Shown: positions 51,536 to 63,973, numbered from the whole stretch's first letter. The stretch is 63,973 bases of DNA, filler included, from Piptocephalis cylindrospora (GCA_003614145.1; 5 parts of 5 records of this genome joined end to end with filler, not necessarily neighbours in it); one strand, 5' to 3'. The notes: generated from the letters alone by a model not told the origin. Made by a program: numbers and translations.

Positions 51536-52049
51536 ATGATCCCCCTCCTCCTCTCCGTCCTGCTCAATCCAATGCAGACACTCCCCTCTCACCCCAGGTC
51601 CTAGAATCGTACACAGACTTTACAGCCAAGGACATCGCGACCCACCATCGCCGATCTGCCGTACACCCTCCCATGGTACGCGCACGTTCACGTTCGTGGA
51701 CACATCCCAGTACTACTCCGCTGTATCGTCATTGTCCTCGTCCTCTAAGACTGGTGTTTCGTCAACGCATCCTCTCTCTCGCTGAAACACGGTCCGTGTC
51801 GTCCACATCGTTACAAAGACGGTTCAGTTCATTCGTCCCTCCGTCTCCAGCCGCAACCATCCACCCAGGAGGATGAGCACACATCCGACTCTCACAAGAA
51901 GGCACTTTTGGAAAGTCCTTCCACATCGAACGTGAGCGCAGTCAGAGCTCCCTCCATTCAACCGGGTACATCCCAACAGGGCTCCACAGCGCTCAGGACA
52001 TTTTTCGGATGTCCTGCCATCCATGGTAGCAGTAGCCTATCCAAGTCCC
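51536..52049 (+). pseudogene. Degenerate third copy of the secreted Ser-rich family (truncated by contig end)
   Basis: TCACCATG start. CTCCTCCTCTCCGTCCTGCT matches copy 1 CTCCTCCTTTCCGTCCTGCT (LLLSVLL). Frameshift before VLES; Ser-rich remnants follow. Confidence 0.5.
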
Positions 52050-52149
52050 NNNNNNNNNNNNNNNNNNNNNNNNNNNNNNNNNNNNNNNNNNNNTTAATTA
52101 ATTAANNNNNNNNNNNNNNNNNNNNNNNNNNNNNNNNNNNNNNNNNNNN
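52050..52149. other. Artificial contig linker
   Basis: N44-TTAATTAATTAA-N44. Confidence 0.99.
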
Positions 52150-52592
52150 GGAAGGAGAATCTGAGTCAGAGCCAGGGATCGCAACCAGGATCAGGGGATC
52201 CTCAACCCAGAAAGTTACAGTTGGATAGTGTGCGTTTCAAGAGGATCCGGGATGCTCTGGTCTGGAAGCTAAGGGATGCCGAGGTCAATGAGGGTCGCGA
52301 GGTTCTAACAGTATCTGAACTCGTTGAATGGTACATGTCGGCCCAGGAGGACGGATCCAATACTTCAGATACTGAAGCCCGGGCCCAGCGTCGACTCGTG
52401 GAAAAGGTCATCTCTCACTCGGTCAACACAGATCAGACATTCCTAGAGCTTAGGGACACTGATCCTTCCACCACCCTTCTAGATGGTGGGGGACAAGCCG
52501 CCTCCTCATCTTCTTCCATGTCCTCCCGAAAGCTCCTACCCTCCTCCACCATTACCGTTCATCCCGATTTTGTGTCCGAGTATGAAACTTGA
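52150..52592 (+). CDS. MCM6: DNA replication licensing factor Mcm6, C-terminal winged-helix end only
   Basis: LTVSELVEWYMSAQE..RRLVEKVISH..FLEL..ITVHPDF resembles the Mcm6 C-terminal domain. Confidence 0.75.
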
Positions 52593-52728
52593 GTCACTTT
52601 CCCCTAATAAGAGAAAAGGGGAAAAAGGGAAATCAAGACACAGGAGAGAGAGGGAAAGGAGAGAATGTGAATGTGAACGAAAGACAATGAGAAAGGGATG
52701 AGTTGGGAAATGAACGAATATACTGGAA

Positions 52729-54407
52729 TCAATGCATATGAATCCTTCCGTGACGGGAGGTGGAGCCATGAATTAAAGGATATACCCTCCACAGACCATA
52801 CAAAAGCACTAAATGAAGAGCATGAATAGCCAAGGATGAGGCAGTGGTGGAGGGATACACATTCCAGGCCCATTCCATGATGGCCAGCCACAAGAAACGG
52901 ATGGCGAGAGGGATGGAAGGACAGGACCAGAGAAGGAGAGGGAGAGAGGAAAAGTACCATGCGTAGAATTGATAGTGTAATGACCGAGCACAGATAACGC
53001 CAATGGCGTTGGCTGTAAATGCCACCACTAAGATGACTAGGAGGAGAAAAAAACAGATGAAAAAGGGAGAAGGGATGAACACCATACATAGCAACGACAC
53101 TTACAGGAAGAAGATAGAGTACGCAAAGGTCTCTTGGAAGTATGGAAGAGGCACTGCCGAGCCAAACTCAGGAAACCGGGTTTGGAAAAGGGCGGGAGCC
53201 ATCGGTAGAAGAGGAAAATTAGTAGAAGGGAGGCCTGGATGAGGAGCAAGGCAATGGCCAGGCGAGAGGAGGTAAAGGTCTCAACAGAGAGAAAGCGCCA
53301 TTGTACAGTCCAACGATGGGTAAAAACTCGGCCCATTTCGAAAGAACGGATCAGGTAACCCGAGGGGTTTTTTAAGAGAAATGGAAGCCCCAGGAGGGCT
53401 TGTAGAGTGGCGCCTTCCAGAAAGTGTCCGACAGTTCGGGGAAGACCAATGGATAGAGTCAGAAGAAAAAGAAGGGCAGGAAGAAAGAGAAGGACATTCA
53501 TCTTGATGGACACGCCCAAGCTACCACAAGGGAGCAAAAGAATAGGTCAGAGGAGATGACTCAGGGCAATGAAATAAAAATGAACACACTACCTAAATAA
53601 TAGGACAGATGCCCTGTACTTTTGAGAGCATAGGGCCCATAAGGAAAGATACATGGGCAACATGGCCACAGGATCATTAAAAAGTCGCAGGAGGTAGATG
53701 GAGTGAAGACGTTTCGAGAGGCATAAAAGGACGAGGACATAGGGTGGTATCTACGAGTTTTAGGGAGGTACGAAGATGAGGGAAACAAGATGTTATGACC
53801 CTAGGAACTTTGCTTACCTTTGCTTTACGGTAGAGGACGAAAATAATTCCTTGGGTCACGATGTACAATCCAGCAAAGAAAAACTGGGCCAAGCGAATAT
53901 TACTTCCCCCATTAGTAATGTATGACAGAAGGGAGAAGAGATAAACAAATCCAGCTGGGTATCTATAAAAGTATTAAAAGGATTTAAAAGGGAAGGATGA
54001 TTAGGGTTGAGAAGGGGAGAGTGGGTTTAGGCTGAGGAATGTACCAAAGTTCACACATTACACATTACCAAGAAAACTTACACAAGCGGCCCAGTGTCAC
54101 CTTTGAGCTTGAGATAGTCGCGCTCCCCATCCAGAAACCCACCCACTTCGTCCATATACGCCCTCCAATCAATCTCTGTGTAAGAGACACGAAATATAAT
54201 AAGGGTGCATAGGACAGCTTCAGCTAAGAGTAGAAGACCAGCAAAATAAGGCCAACTTTCCTCCTTGGTGCACCAATGGACCAGATGACGAATGGTGGAA
54301 AGACGATATAGCGGTGAGGAAGTCGAGAGAGAAGACGCTGAGGAGGGGGAGAAAGAGGGGGAAGATGAGGAAGTCGAAGGACGAGATACCTTGCGGGTAG
54401 ACGGCAT
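52729..54407 (-). CDS. ALG3: Dol-P-Man alpha-1,3-mannosyltransferase Alg3, multi-exon
   Basis: [69 protein letters not shown] motif [23 protein letters not shown]. Confidence 0.95.
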
Positions 54408-56172
54408 CCTCAATAAAATTGATCGGAGCACTGAAGAAAGGTAGTTAGGTATGCGTATTGAGGAAAGAAAGAAGGATCTGGATAATCGAGACTGGGGATG
54501 ATGTGAGAGGTGAAGTCATGAAACAGCATGCGCCTCCTTGCCTTGACACTCCGCCTCATTTAGCATAAGAAGGAATATTGCATAGCCATTGCCTTATTAT
54601 ATACCAGTCGCACTACCCATCCACTAATGATATTTAGAAGGCGATTGAGCTACACTTGAGCGCATTCATCATATGCGAGGATGGGCTTGGAATATACATC
54701 GCGGATCTGCATGATGCGACGGCCATTAGTAATCATTTTTTGGCAATTTAAGAGGACCCGCTTAAATGGCATGTTGACAGAGATCATCATCCTGCTTCCT
54801 TCAATAAAGGCAAATTACACTTCAACAGCGTACGATGGCTAGCGATGGTTAAAATGGAAGAGCCTTTTCTTCGTCATCTCAGGCGCTCTTCACAACTCCT
54901 CAGGTGGTAGGCATATAAAGAAGACGCAAACAAGAGTGGGCCGCATTTCTAAGGATGTATCGCATATAAAGCGTTCACAATGTAGTCGTTATTGGATAAG
55001 AGTAATTGAAATGTACTATCCCTAGCTTATCTGATGAAATTCAAAGGTGTCTAGTCAATGGTGATTGCCTTAGCTTTGATCAATCGATCATATGTTTCTT
55101 TGATAGTACTGGATTTAAGAGTAGACTGAGCGCCCCTCCGATCAATGGGCATTGCGCAAGTGTCAATCATTTTGGTACTTACGATGACATTAGAATACTT
55201 TTAATCTAATGCATCTGTTTCCAGTTTCTTTTACCTTTTGATGACGATGATGAAACCATTTTATTTTCTCCAGTGGGGTAGGCGGATGGGTATCCGAACA
55301 CAGTGTCTGCTAAGATGGCTGGCTGGATATGCTAGGACTATTCCGTCTTTTCATCCTTCTTTCCCTCTTCCTCTTTGCCTTCTCTCGTTTCTTCTTGTGG
55401 TTTAGTTCCAGTGGTCGTCCCGTGGCTTGATACTAACATACCAAACGTGATTAATAATTAAACCCCCTACAACATCAGTCTTATATCCAAATCCTTCAAA
55501 ACCAATCAGCGCTATCAGTAGATGCTTCTTGGCACCAGCGGCCATTTATTATGACATTCATATCCATCGTACTAGAGTTACTTTGGTGAATTTTAAGAGG
55601 ATGATCATACTATACAATTGTGTTTGATAGAGGTAATATCCTTTCGCTACTCCTTTTCTACTTTTTTCGTCAAAAGAAAAACATCCTTTTTATACATATA
55701 AGTATGGATTGAATATACTCATAGCAACTGCTCAGTTCAACCATGTTCCCATACCATACCTCAAGGAATCATCCGTCGTTTCGCTCATGCTGTCCGTTCC
55801 TCTTTGAGGGCGCATCTCTGGTTGCGCGATAATCCAGAAGCAAGCGCTGCCTTCCTCTTCACCTGGCTCAGGCTACATGAGATACTGCAACACCCCATAA
55901 CTGATGCTCTGATACCTGCGCGCTTAATTCGTCTGTGAGTTTCCCACTTTTTCAGAAATATCCCTTGAGTGTATTCCCCATGAGACAATAAATTTTTATA
56001 CAACCATAACAACTGCTCAGTCTCACATCCATCTCATACCTAATGAAATAGAGGTCGGATGAAGAGAGGACACCCTAATCCTCCTCACACGCCTTGCTTT
56101 CTCTCCTTCTCTTGCTCTCATAGGGCTTTGAGTCTATCTCTTTTCTTCCGACAATAACTCGTACCCTGGATT

Positions 56173-57207
56173 ATGCATCCCAACGGCTACCCGCAAAGAT
56201 CATCAGCGGCTGGAAGAAATTTTTCCACGCCCTCTCAAAGGGCTGCTGCTACCTCGAGTGCTCATCCGTATGGCCAGCCGCATCCCTCGGCTCCACCCCC
56301 CAATCAAGCATATCTCCCTCCACCCTCGCTGTCGAATGGACCATCTTCCTCCCAGACATATTATCCTTCCCGTAACGGTCGATCTGCTTATCCATCCATG
56401 GACAGAGCCTCTTCCACCTCCCCAACCGAGGGGCCAGGTCCAGCTCGCCATCCTGGTGAGCCTTCTTCCCATCCCTCCCAGAGACATCAGTATGCATCGA
56501 GGTATGCTCCACGCAATGGAGGTAGGTATGGTTATGGTCCGGATCATCATCGGTATATCCCTAGCCAGGGACCTCCCTCGTCGAGTCGATCCACGGGGGA
56601 AGAGGGACCATACGGACCTCATCCCCTAGGCCATAGCCCATCAGCTCCCATGGCCTCCTCATCCTCCTCCAGCTCCTCAATGGACCGTCAACGACGATCC
56701 TACCACAGTGTGTCTGGGGAAGAAATGAGTGAGGGGATTCCCCCAGCCCAGTCCATGGGGCATCTTTCTCCCCCATCCCTTCCTCCTCCAACTCTTGTTG
56801 GCTCCCATGACACTTTCTCTTCTTCTATGCCCAGAGCATCTTCTGGAAAGGGGCCTGGCCGATCAGGCCACTCGTCTTCCTCATATAGCCATCCCAACCA
56901 TGGGTCATCGAGCCAGCGGACTGGATGGAGACAGGGCCCAGGCACTCATCCTTCTATGGCTCATGGACCTTCTTCCCTCCCTCCCATTGATCCAGATGTG
57001 GGCATTTCCATGCCTTCCTGGACCCAAGGAAAGGATCGGGAAGAGGGATTGTCGTTAGAGGAAAGACGGATCGCAGAAAAGGAAGAGGTCCGCATCCATG
57101 CCGAGTACCGCAAGGCGCGGTTTAACCGAGAATCTACAGAGAGGGAGGTATGGCGATGGGAGAGGCAATTGGAGCTAACTAACATGCAATTGGATATGCT
57201 GGGCTGA
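56173..57207 (+). CDS. Hypothetical low-complexity (Pro/Ser/Gly) protein with a C-terminal coiled coil
   Basis: 344-aa ORF from ATG; helical tail EEVRIHAEYRKARFNRESTEREVWRWERQLELTNMQLD. Confidence 0.7.
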   Translation: MHPNGYPQRSSAAGRNFSTPSQRAAATSSAHPYGQPHPSAPPPNQAYLPPPSLSNGPSSSQTYYPSRNGRSAYPSMDRASSTSPTEGPGPARHPGEPSSHPSQRHQYASRYAPRNGGRYGYGPDHHRYIPSQGPPSSSRSTGEEGPYGPHPLGHSPSAPMASSSSSSSSMDRQRRSYHSVSGEEMSEGIPPAQSMGHLSPPSLPPPTLVGSHDTFSSSMPRASSGKGPGRSGHSSSSYSHPNHGSSSQRTGWRQGPGTHPSMAHGPSSLPPIDPDVGISMPSWTQGKDREEGLSLEERRIAEKEEVRIHAEYRKARFNRESTEREVWRWERQLELTNMQLDMLG

Positions 57208-58350
57208 GAAGACAATGAGAGATACATTGTCCGGGAGGGAAGGCCTTGTATAAAACCACATGTATGCGAAGTAATGTGTACTTCGTTTCTGACCATTTTT
57301 GGGATGGGGTCAGGCTCTATTTGGTTTTCCAAGCTAAAACGAGTCTTCTGTTGCACAAAGGTCCTATGACTTGGCCTAATCGTCGTTTCAAGCGCACATC
57401 ATCTCTTGAAAGGAATGTGATGTGCGAGTCGATCCCCATGATAAGAGACCAATACTTACTTGATCCCTGAGGATGGGAGATATTTGATCCGAGAAGACTA
57501 CACTACAATATCGCCACAATAAAATAAAGAAATATGGCATAGCTAGGCATGGATGTGTTTGGGAAAGCAGCGTTCATATTTCCCTTCTAATCATTCTTGG
57601 AAATACCCTAACGAGGCGGCTTTGAAGCTGCCGATGGCGGGCTGTAGGAGGGATCGCCCCAGTGAGCCGGAAGTATAGTTCATCTCAAGCTTATTCACAA
57701 ACACATTGACGTAGAAAAGGAGTGATCCATAAACCAAAATCAGGGCACACACGCACATGTCATCCACTGGTCCGGTATCCTAATCACCTTCCTTTCCTTG
57801 TTGGTCTTCGGAGATGAATTTCTTATTTGTAGATGTGGTTTATATGCACAGGACTGGTTGTATGCAAGGATCAGGCTAACCGGTGGGCGGAGGTCAAGAG
57901 CAATAAGTTCATTTCAGTGAATTCTATCAAACGAGAATCGCATGCATACGTACGTGTAAATCAGTCAGTTACTGCAAGCTGGCCAGGCCAGGATCATCAA
58001 CACCTTCTGTCCGCTCCCTCTCACCCCCTTCCATCTTTCCAGCTTTTCTTCTTACACACACACTCGACTCTATTCCACGTCTTCATTTGTTCCTCTCCCC
58101 CACATTCAGTCCTCCGGGACATCTTAAGCTCATCCTTCCTCTTCCCGCTACCCACGTCAGTACCATCATTCTCACCAAGAGGTAAGCAGCATCCAGCATC
58201 TCCGTAACTCAGCTGGCCAGGCCCTGTCATTATGCCTTAGGCCTTCCTTAAACCCTCTCGGATCTGCGCTCCGTAACCGTTTCCACCCGCTCATCCTCAC
58301 TTTCATCATCCATTACTCATCCAGGCCTGTGAATAAGCATTCCCAAAACC

Positions 58351-61300
58351 ATGCTTACCAGGGAAGTGGGACAAGATTCAGAACAGCCTCATACCTGGAT
58401 AGTGGGTCAGAGCATTGCCGCTCCGCACCCCACAGCCCCCGAACTGCCTGAATCGAATCCTTTAAATGATACGGGCCCAACACCAGATGTGAGCGCTCAT
58501 CCGTGCGGATCACTAAGCCCTACTGGTCCCTCGAGCATACTAGATGCTGTGATCATCCCCTCTCGCCCCGCTCACCCATCTAACCCATCCATCAGACGGT
58601 TGATCACTGGCCTCGTCTATGATGAGCGCCTCACCTATCATCGACAACTCATCTGGAAATCCTCCGAGGAACGGAAGGAATGTATGGAAAGGGCAACACT
58701 TCCTGGTCCCATTTCAATGATTGATGCTGAAGCGATCTCGAACGATGAGGAAGATCAAAAAAGGAGCGAGACACCCCAAGATACCCAACTCGCCATCGGT
58801 GATCCCTCTCTCTCCACCTATTATCATGGCCATGATGGCAGGAAAGAGGGATCTGACAACTCAGAATCCGAGGAAGGGGAGGAGGATTCTGAGGAAGAGG
58901 ATGGTGCTCACCCAGAAAGCCCCTTACGCATTGTTTACATTTACCAAGCACTGGTGAAGGGTGGGAGTCTCATCCGGTGCTCTCGCATCCCCATTGTGCG
59001 TCTGACCGTGTCCCAGATCTTGATGGGCCATTCCCCTGGGTACGTGACTCGTTTGCTCTCAACAGGCCAGATGAACAAGTATGAGCTCAAAACGACGGAA
59101 AGCCGGTTTAACTCGGTATATCTGTGTGGTCAGTCAGCTGAATGTGCCCGACTCAGTGCTGGAGGAGTGTATGCGGCGTGTGCGGCCGTCTTGCGTGGTG
59201 ATGTCCGGAATGCTTTTGCCGTTGTTCGACCTCCGTAAGTGCACCTCTTTGGGCTTCTCGGATAATTAGGGGAGAGGGTGGCCCGTGAGGATATATGTGG
59301 GGCTTTGCACCTTTCATGTCACTGATTAACCTTCTCGTTTCCTTAATAACTTTCTCAGCGGTCATCATGCAGAGTATCGAAGGGTAAGAAATGGATGTGA
59401 AAAGGCAGGAAGATATTTGGATTGTTGCTCACCTTATTCTACTCCCAATTTGCCTCCTATAGGCCATGTAAGGAAGCATGATTTAAGAGAGATGATGAAT
59501 TTGAGATATTCATCCTGCTTATTTAACGCACTTTTACTCACGCTTCGCCTTTCTTCAACCATCATTGTCACTATCGGTATTTCAGGGGATTTTGTCTTTT
59601 GAACAATGTGGTAAGTGTGTCATTGCTTCCTCTCTTCTCCTGTTCTCATATGTCCCTTCGGCTATGCTTAGGTAATTGCGACTCGACTATGCCAAAAGAG
59701 CTTTGGAATTAGACGGGTTTTGATCTTGGATTGGGATATTCATCATGGAAATGGGACCCAAAAGGCCTTTTATGACGATCCCAATGTTCTGTACATTTCC
59801 ATTCATCGATGGGAGGAGGGAGAATTTTATCCAAGTGGTGATGATGGAGCTCCATGGGCCATCGGTCAGGGCTTGGGGCGGGGAAGGTGAGCGACTTGGA
59901 TTTTGGGGGGGAGGGGGGCTACTAGGGCAAGCATGACCTCCTCACCCTATTCCCGTGTCCTAATTTCATTCGAGAGCAGCAACGTCAATGTAGCCTGGTC
60001 CAGGGCAGGGATGATGGACTCAGACTATTTGCTGGCTTTCCAAACCGTCATTATGCCTATTGCCCGGGAATTCGACCCAGAACTAGTAATTGGTAGGTCG
60101 GGAAGGAAGTGTCATGGAGAATTTTTGAGCGAGAGACTGAGTGATCGGGAGTGAACAGGCCCTGCAACTTACCTTTTCTTTCTTTGTGATTAAATAAATA
60201 GTGTCTGCAGGATTTGACTCTGCACATGGTACGACTAGTGAAAGAGGAGATGATCATGCCCTTTTTTACACCCTTTAGTCTCATCTATTCGTCTCACTTC
60301 ACTTCTCTCTTTTATAGGAGATCACCTTGGAGGGTGTCATGTTAGTCCTCGAGGGTACGCTCGGATGCTCACTTCTCTCATGACCCTGGCCCAGGGGAAA
60401 GTGGTAGTGACTCTTGAGGTAAGATAAGGACGACGTAATGTAATAGGAGGGTGATTGATCATGGCATCTCACCCCTTCCTCACGCCGAAATTATATCAGG
60501 GAGGATATAATTTAAAGGCTACTGCAGAATCGGCTGAAGCATGTGCTCAGATTCTGACAGGCCTTTCACGGATAGAGGATATCCCAGGACAGGACCCAAA
60601 ATACCGCACTGAGCCGTGTAACGATGCGAGATCCGACATTCAACGGACGCTGACCGCCCAACTTGCATGGCATCCCTACTTAATCCATCGTCGAGGGATT
60701 GAAGATGAGGAGAATGAAATGACGGAGGGAGTAATGGAGGAGAGAACGATAGAGAAAGGGATTGAAGGTAGGGAGGTTGAGGTTGAAGTTAACATTGAGA
60801 AAATTGAAGAGCCCGAGGAGGAGGAAGAAGGGAAGAGAATGGAAGACGTGCCGATTCAGAAGGAAATTGAAGATGAAGATGAGGTTGAGCAAGACGAGAT
60901 ACGTCTGATAAATTACCATCCACCTCGTTCATCTGCGGAAGAAGGAATACGATTCACCGGAAAACGTCCTTTAGATCGGATAACTGATGGAACAGGAGAT
61001 GAGCAGGAGAGGGAGGAAGGTCCATTCAAGAAAAAGATGACTCTCCAGGGATGGGGGAAAGAGAAAGATATGGGAGCTCCGAGCAGGAACCAGGGACGGG
61101 ATCCCCTCCATGGTCATCCTCGGGAAAGGGATGAAGAAAGTAGGGAAGCTAGACTTGCCAGGATACGGGATATTCCCTTGGCTCCAGATCCGTTACTTCA
61201 AGCAATGATCCAGGGAGGATCGGAATCACATCAGTTAAAGGATCCCGTGTCACCAAGGAAGTATTCATGGTTGGATAGATCCGGCCATGAACGACCTTCT

Positions 61301-61648
61301 ATGCTGATCCCACGGACGAGGGTTCGAAGAGGTCATGGAGGGATGAGAAGGGAGCCTCTAGGGATAGGAAGAGGTTCGAAGCCTTGGGATCATCAGCATG
61401 CCCCGACCAAGGAGCCATCGCAAGAGATTAAGAGGACACCAACCCCACCAACGATTATGGACTTTGCATCCAAGATCTCATCCAGAGCCTTCCTTTCCCG
61501 TTTTCATTCTGAGCCGATAGGGGAGGAAAGGCCTAAGAGAGTGATTGTAAGGGAAGTAGGGACAACTGAACCAAGTTCACCCACCGCTCAGACCATAAAA
61601 CGCACCCGGGATGGTCACATCAAATCCTTGTGGTATCCCGATGAGTAA
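58351..61648 (+). CDS. Class II histone deacetylase (Hda1/Clr3-like), multi-exon with micro-exons
   Basis: [89 protein letters not shown]. Confidence 0.93.
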
Positions 61649-62183
61649 AATCCGTCACCCTGTACTAAGGAGTTTCTATGGATAGATCAGGCCGTACCAG
61701 AAGCCTCATTGACCCAAACAGTGTCGAGAGAAGGGGAAACGTATACTGCGAACAATAGACGTATTTTTGTATTTTACTGGCAATGCCATATCGTTTTTAC
61801 TATCGGATACTCTGGAAGAGCCATGTTTCCTCCTCTGTGCCTCTACATGGCACGCTCAGGGGAACCGCCTTTACTGCTTGGTTCTGGAAGAGGAAAAAGG
61901 GATAAATAAAACATCCCAGGATACAGTATCACATCAAAATCACAGAGGTAGAGGCTCAAAGGGAAAACGGTGTATATGTGCGTTGGGTGGGCGCAAGCGG
62001 GGAGATAGAGAGAGGGGGGCAGGGGGTAGAGGAAAATAAAGGAGGAGAGAAACAGAGGTCAGGACACCAAGAGTCCCAACGCGTTCCTCTCCATCCTTGA
62101 AAAACCCTTAGCCTATGCAAGCGCGCTCCCTAACCTCACCTCCCGTCTCCCAGACCAGGGGGTGTTTACACCAGACAACCACT

Positions 62184-62731
62184 TTATTCGGCAACGTTAT
62201 CCTTGATGATGTCAGAGTCGCCGGCATCGGTGATAGAAAGGCACCCGACGCGGTAGTACTTTCCGCAAGCGGTACCAAGGTCAATGTTGTTACCAGTGTA
62301 GTGATGGACACCGGTCTTGGAGAGCATGGCGTAGTACTCAATCTCGGACTTGCGGAGGGGAGGGCAGTTTCCGGAGATGATGATGAGCTTGGCTATAGTG
62401 GGGTTGAGGAGAGAGGAAGAGAGGGATGAGTATGTGGAAGGATGACAAGGATGAAAAAAGAAAGACCGAGCCCAAGCAACGTGAATCCTATGATCAACTG
62501 GTCGTTCAGCCCCCTGCCCCTTGTGCCTCCCCCATCTCCCAGCAATCTGGGCTCTTTCCTAGGACATCATCCTCCATCAAAAGAAAGAAAAAAAAAGAAC
62601 TTACCCTTTCCGGAGCGGATGGTGCGGAGGGTGGAGCGGTAGCCAAGGGCGTACTTGCCACTCTTCATCACAAGCGCAAGGCGCGAGTTGATGGACTCGG
62701 AGGACTTCTTGGACTTCTTGTTCACAGCCAT
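62184..62731 (-). CDS. RPL30: 60S ribosomal protein L30 (eL30); intron 62393-62604
   Basis: [90 protein letters not shown]. Confidence 0.97.
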
Positions 62732-63724
62732 TGCGGAATAGGGGGACTTCTCGTTGAACGCCTTGGGGAAGGGGGAACAGGAGAGAGGAAAGGGGGCAAG
62801 ACAAGCCGTTGGGGAAAGAGAAGGAGGAAAAGACTGGGGGGCTTTTGAGCGAGAGGAAAGGGCGGCCACCTGGTTTGATGTGTGATGGGAGGTGGGGGGC
62901 AGTGGGAGGAAGCGAAAAAATTGTCTCCTCTTCCTCTTCACTGGTTGGAGGAAGGTGGCGTTGTTAGGTGATGTGTGTGATTATTTTGTTAAAAATGTGC
63001 GTATTTGGGCACATTTTGGAGGTGGCACTGAAAAAGAGAGGTTATCTTTTTTCACTCAGTTAGTGTAGGATGATATGATCCAATCACTAATGACCCTTGT
63101 GAGTATAAGGCTAGCTATGGTGTTGGTGGTGGTGTCAATGAGGGTGTGTGGGTTGGGGGCATAGATATAGATGATGGCTCTCTTGCTGGCTCTTTCCCAT
63201 TTTCCACCTCGCATTCGTGAATAGCCCACCAGGTGGCAAAAGTGGATGTGAAATATACAGAATCATAGACCAGCTTTCTGGGCTTTTCCTAACTCATCTG
63301 GTAGTGCCAACAATGAACAGGAAAAGGAGTCAGCGCATCTACCCTAAGAATCGTGTTATTGCATTAAAGCACCCTAGAAAAAGTGGAATAGCGATATTCG
63401 TACATAATTCTATATTATTAAAAGATCAGCCTCTTGAAGATTATGAGGACTGAGAGTTAGATATGAATTTTCCAGTTTTTTCCAGAATTTATATAAACCA
63501 TCGTGATTTAATACTAAAACAATGAAAATACATTATCGCTCATTTTTATTTTAAGTAATCAATAGTTTTAAGCCTAGGACAGGGAGTCGAAGCAATAGAA
63601 TTTAGGATATCCAAAAATCTGCCCTGTTGGAGGAAATAACGGGCTTACCATCATTAAATCAATAAAACCTCGTGAATATACCACATAAATACAATAAATA
63701 CTAGTAAATATTTAAGGTGGGCGT

Positions 63725-63761
<37 letters not shown>

Positions 63762-63973
63762 ACCGCTCGGGAAAAAATTATAATAGAAAAAAAACCGTCT
63801 TTGTGTCTTCTGTTTTTTCTGGGGAGGGGGGAAAGGAGCAAAGGAGTACGGTGGTGGGTAAAGTTAATGGAAACCAGGGGAGGGTCAAGGGGGTAAGGGA
63901 AAGAGGGGGAGGGGGGAGGGGGGGGGAGAAGGAAACGTGAAAGAGTAAAGGAGCTAGCCAAGGAAGGGAGGGG

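Noticed and set aside
55057..55130. Possible C/D box snoRNA (ATGGTGA...CTGA)
   Set aside because: Imperfect C box; no terminal stem or rRNA guide recognised.
1..63973. CRISPR arrays, tRNA, rRNA or spliceosomal snRNA genes, prokaryotic operons
   Set aside because: None recognised; the sequence is intron-containing fungal DNA.

Overview
Eukaryotic (fungal) draft-genome sequence. It consists of five unrelated contigs of about 12-13 kb joined by artificial 100-nt linkers (N44-TTAATTAATTAA-N44 at 12999-13098, 26044-26143, 39053-39152, 52050-52149), so synteny across linkers is meaningless. Compact genes, short GT-AG introns, divergent proteins and a fold-back chimera suggest an amplified genome of an early-diverging fungus, possibly Zoopagomycota such as Piptocephalis (inference only). 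Contigs 1, 3, 4 and 5 carry housekeeping genes: EXO84, NOP9, CFD1, an IKS1-like kinase, an ABCA transporter, an MTRFR-like GGQ factor, ECM29, AlaX, the MCM6 3' end, ALG3, a class II HDAC and RPL30. They also carry a divergent tocopherol-cyclase-like gene and a tandem family of secreted Ser-rich proteins. Contig 2 has no recognisable host gene. It holds an internally deleted Merlin (IS1595-like) transposon with TIRs, a decayed L1/Tx1-like retrotransposon interrupted by a solo LTR with a 5-bp TSD, and a decayed MULE. Between these lies a ~6.5-kb AT-richer, stop-riddled fossil coding region in which manual minus-strand translation recovers a macrodomain signature and a weaker methyltransferase-like motif. 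This candidate endogenous viral element is the most interesting unexplained object. All family assignments come from motif recognition by eye; no searches were run.
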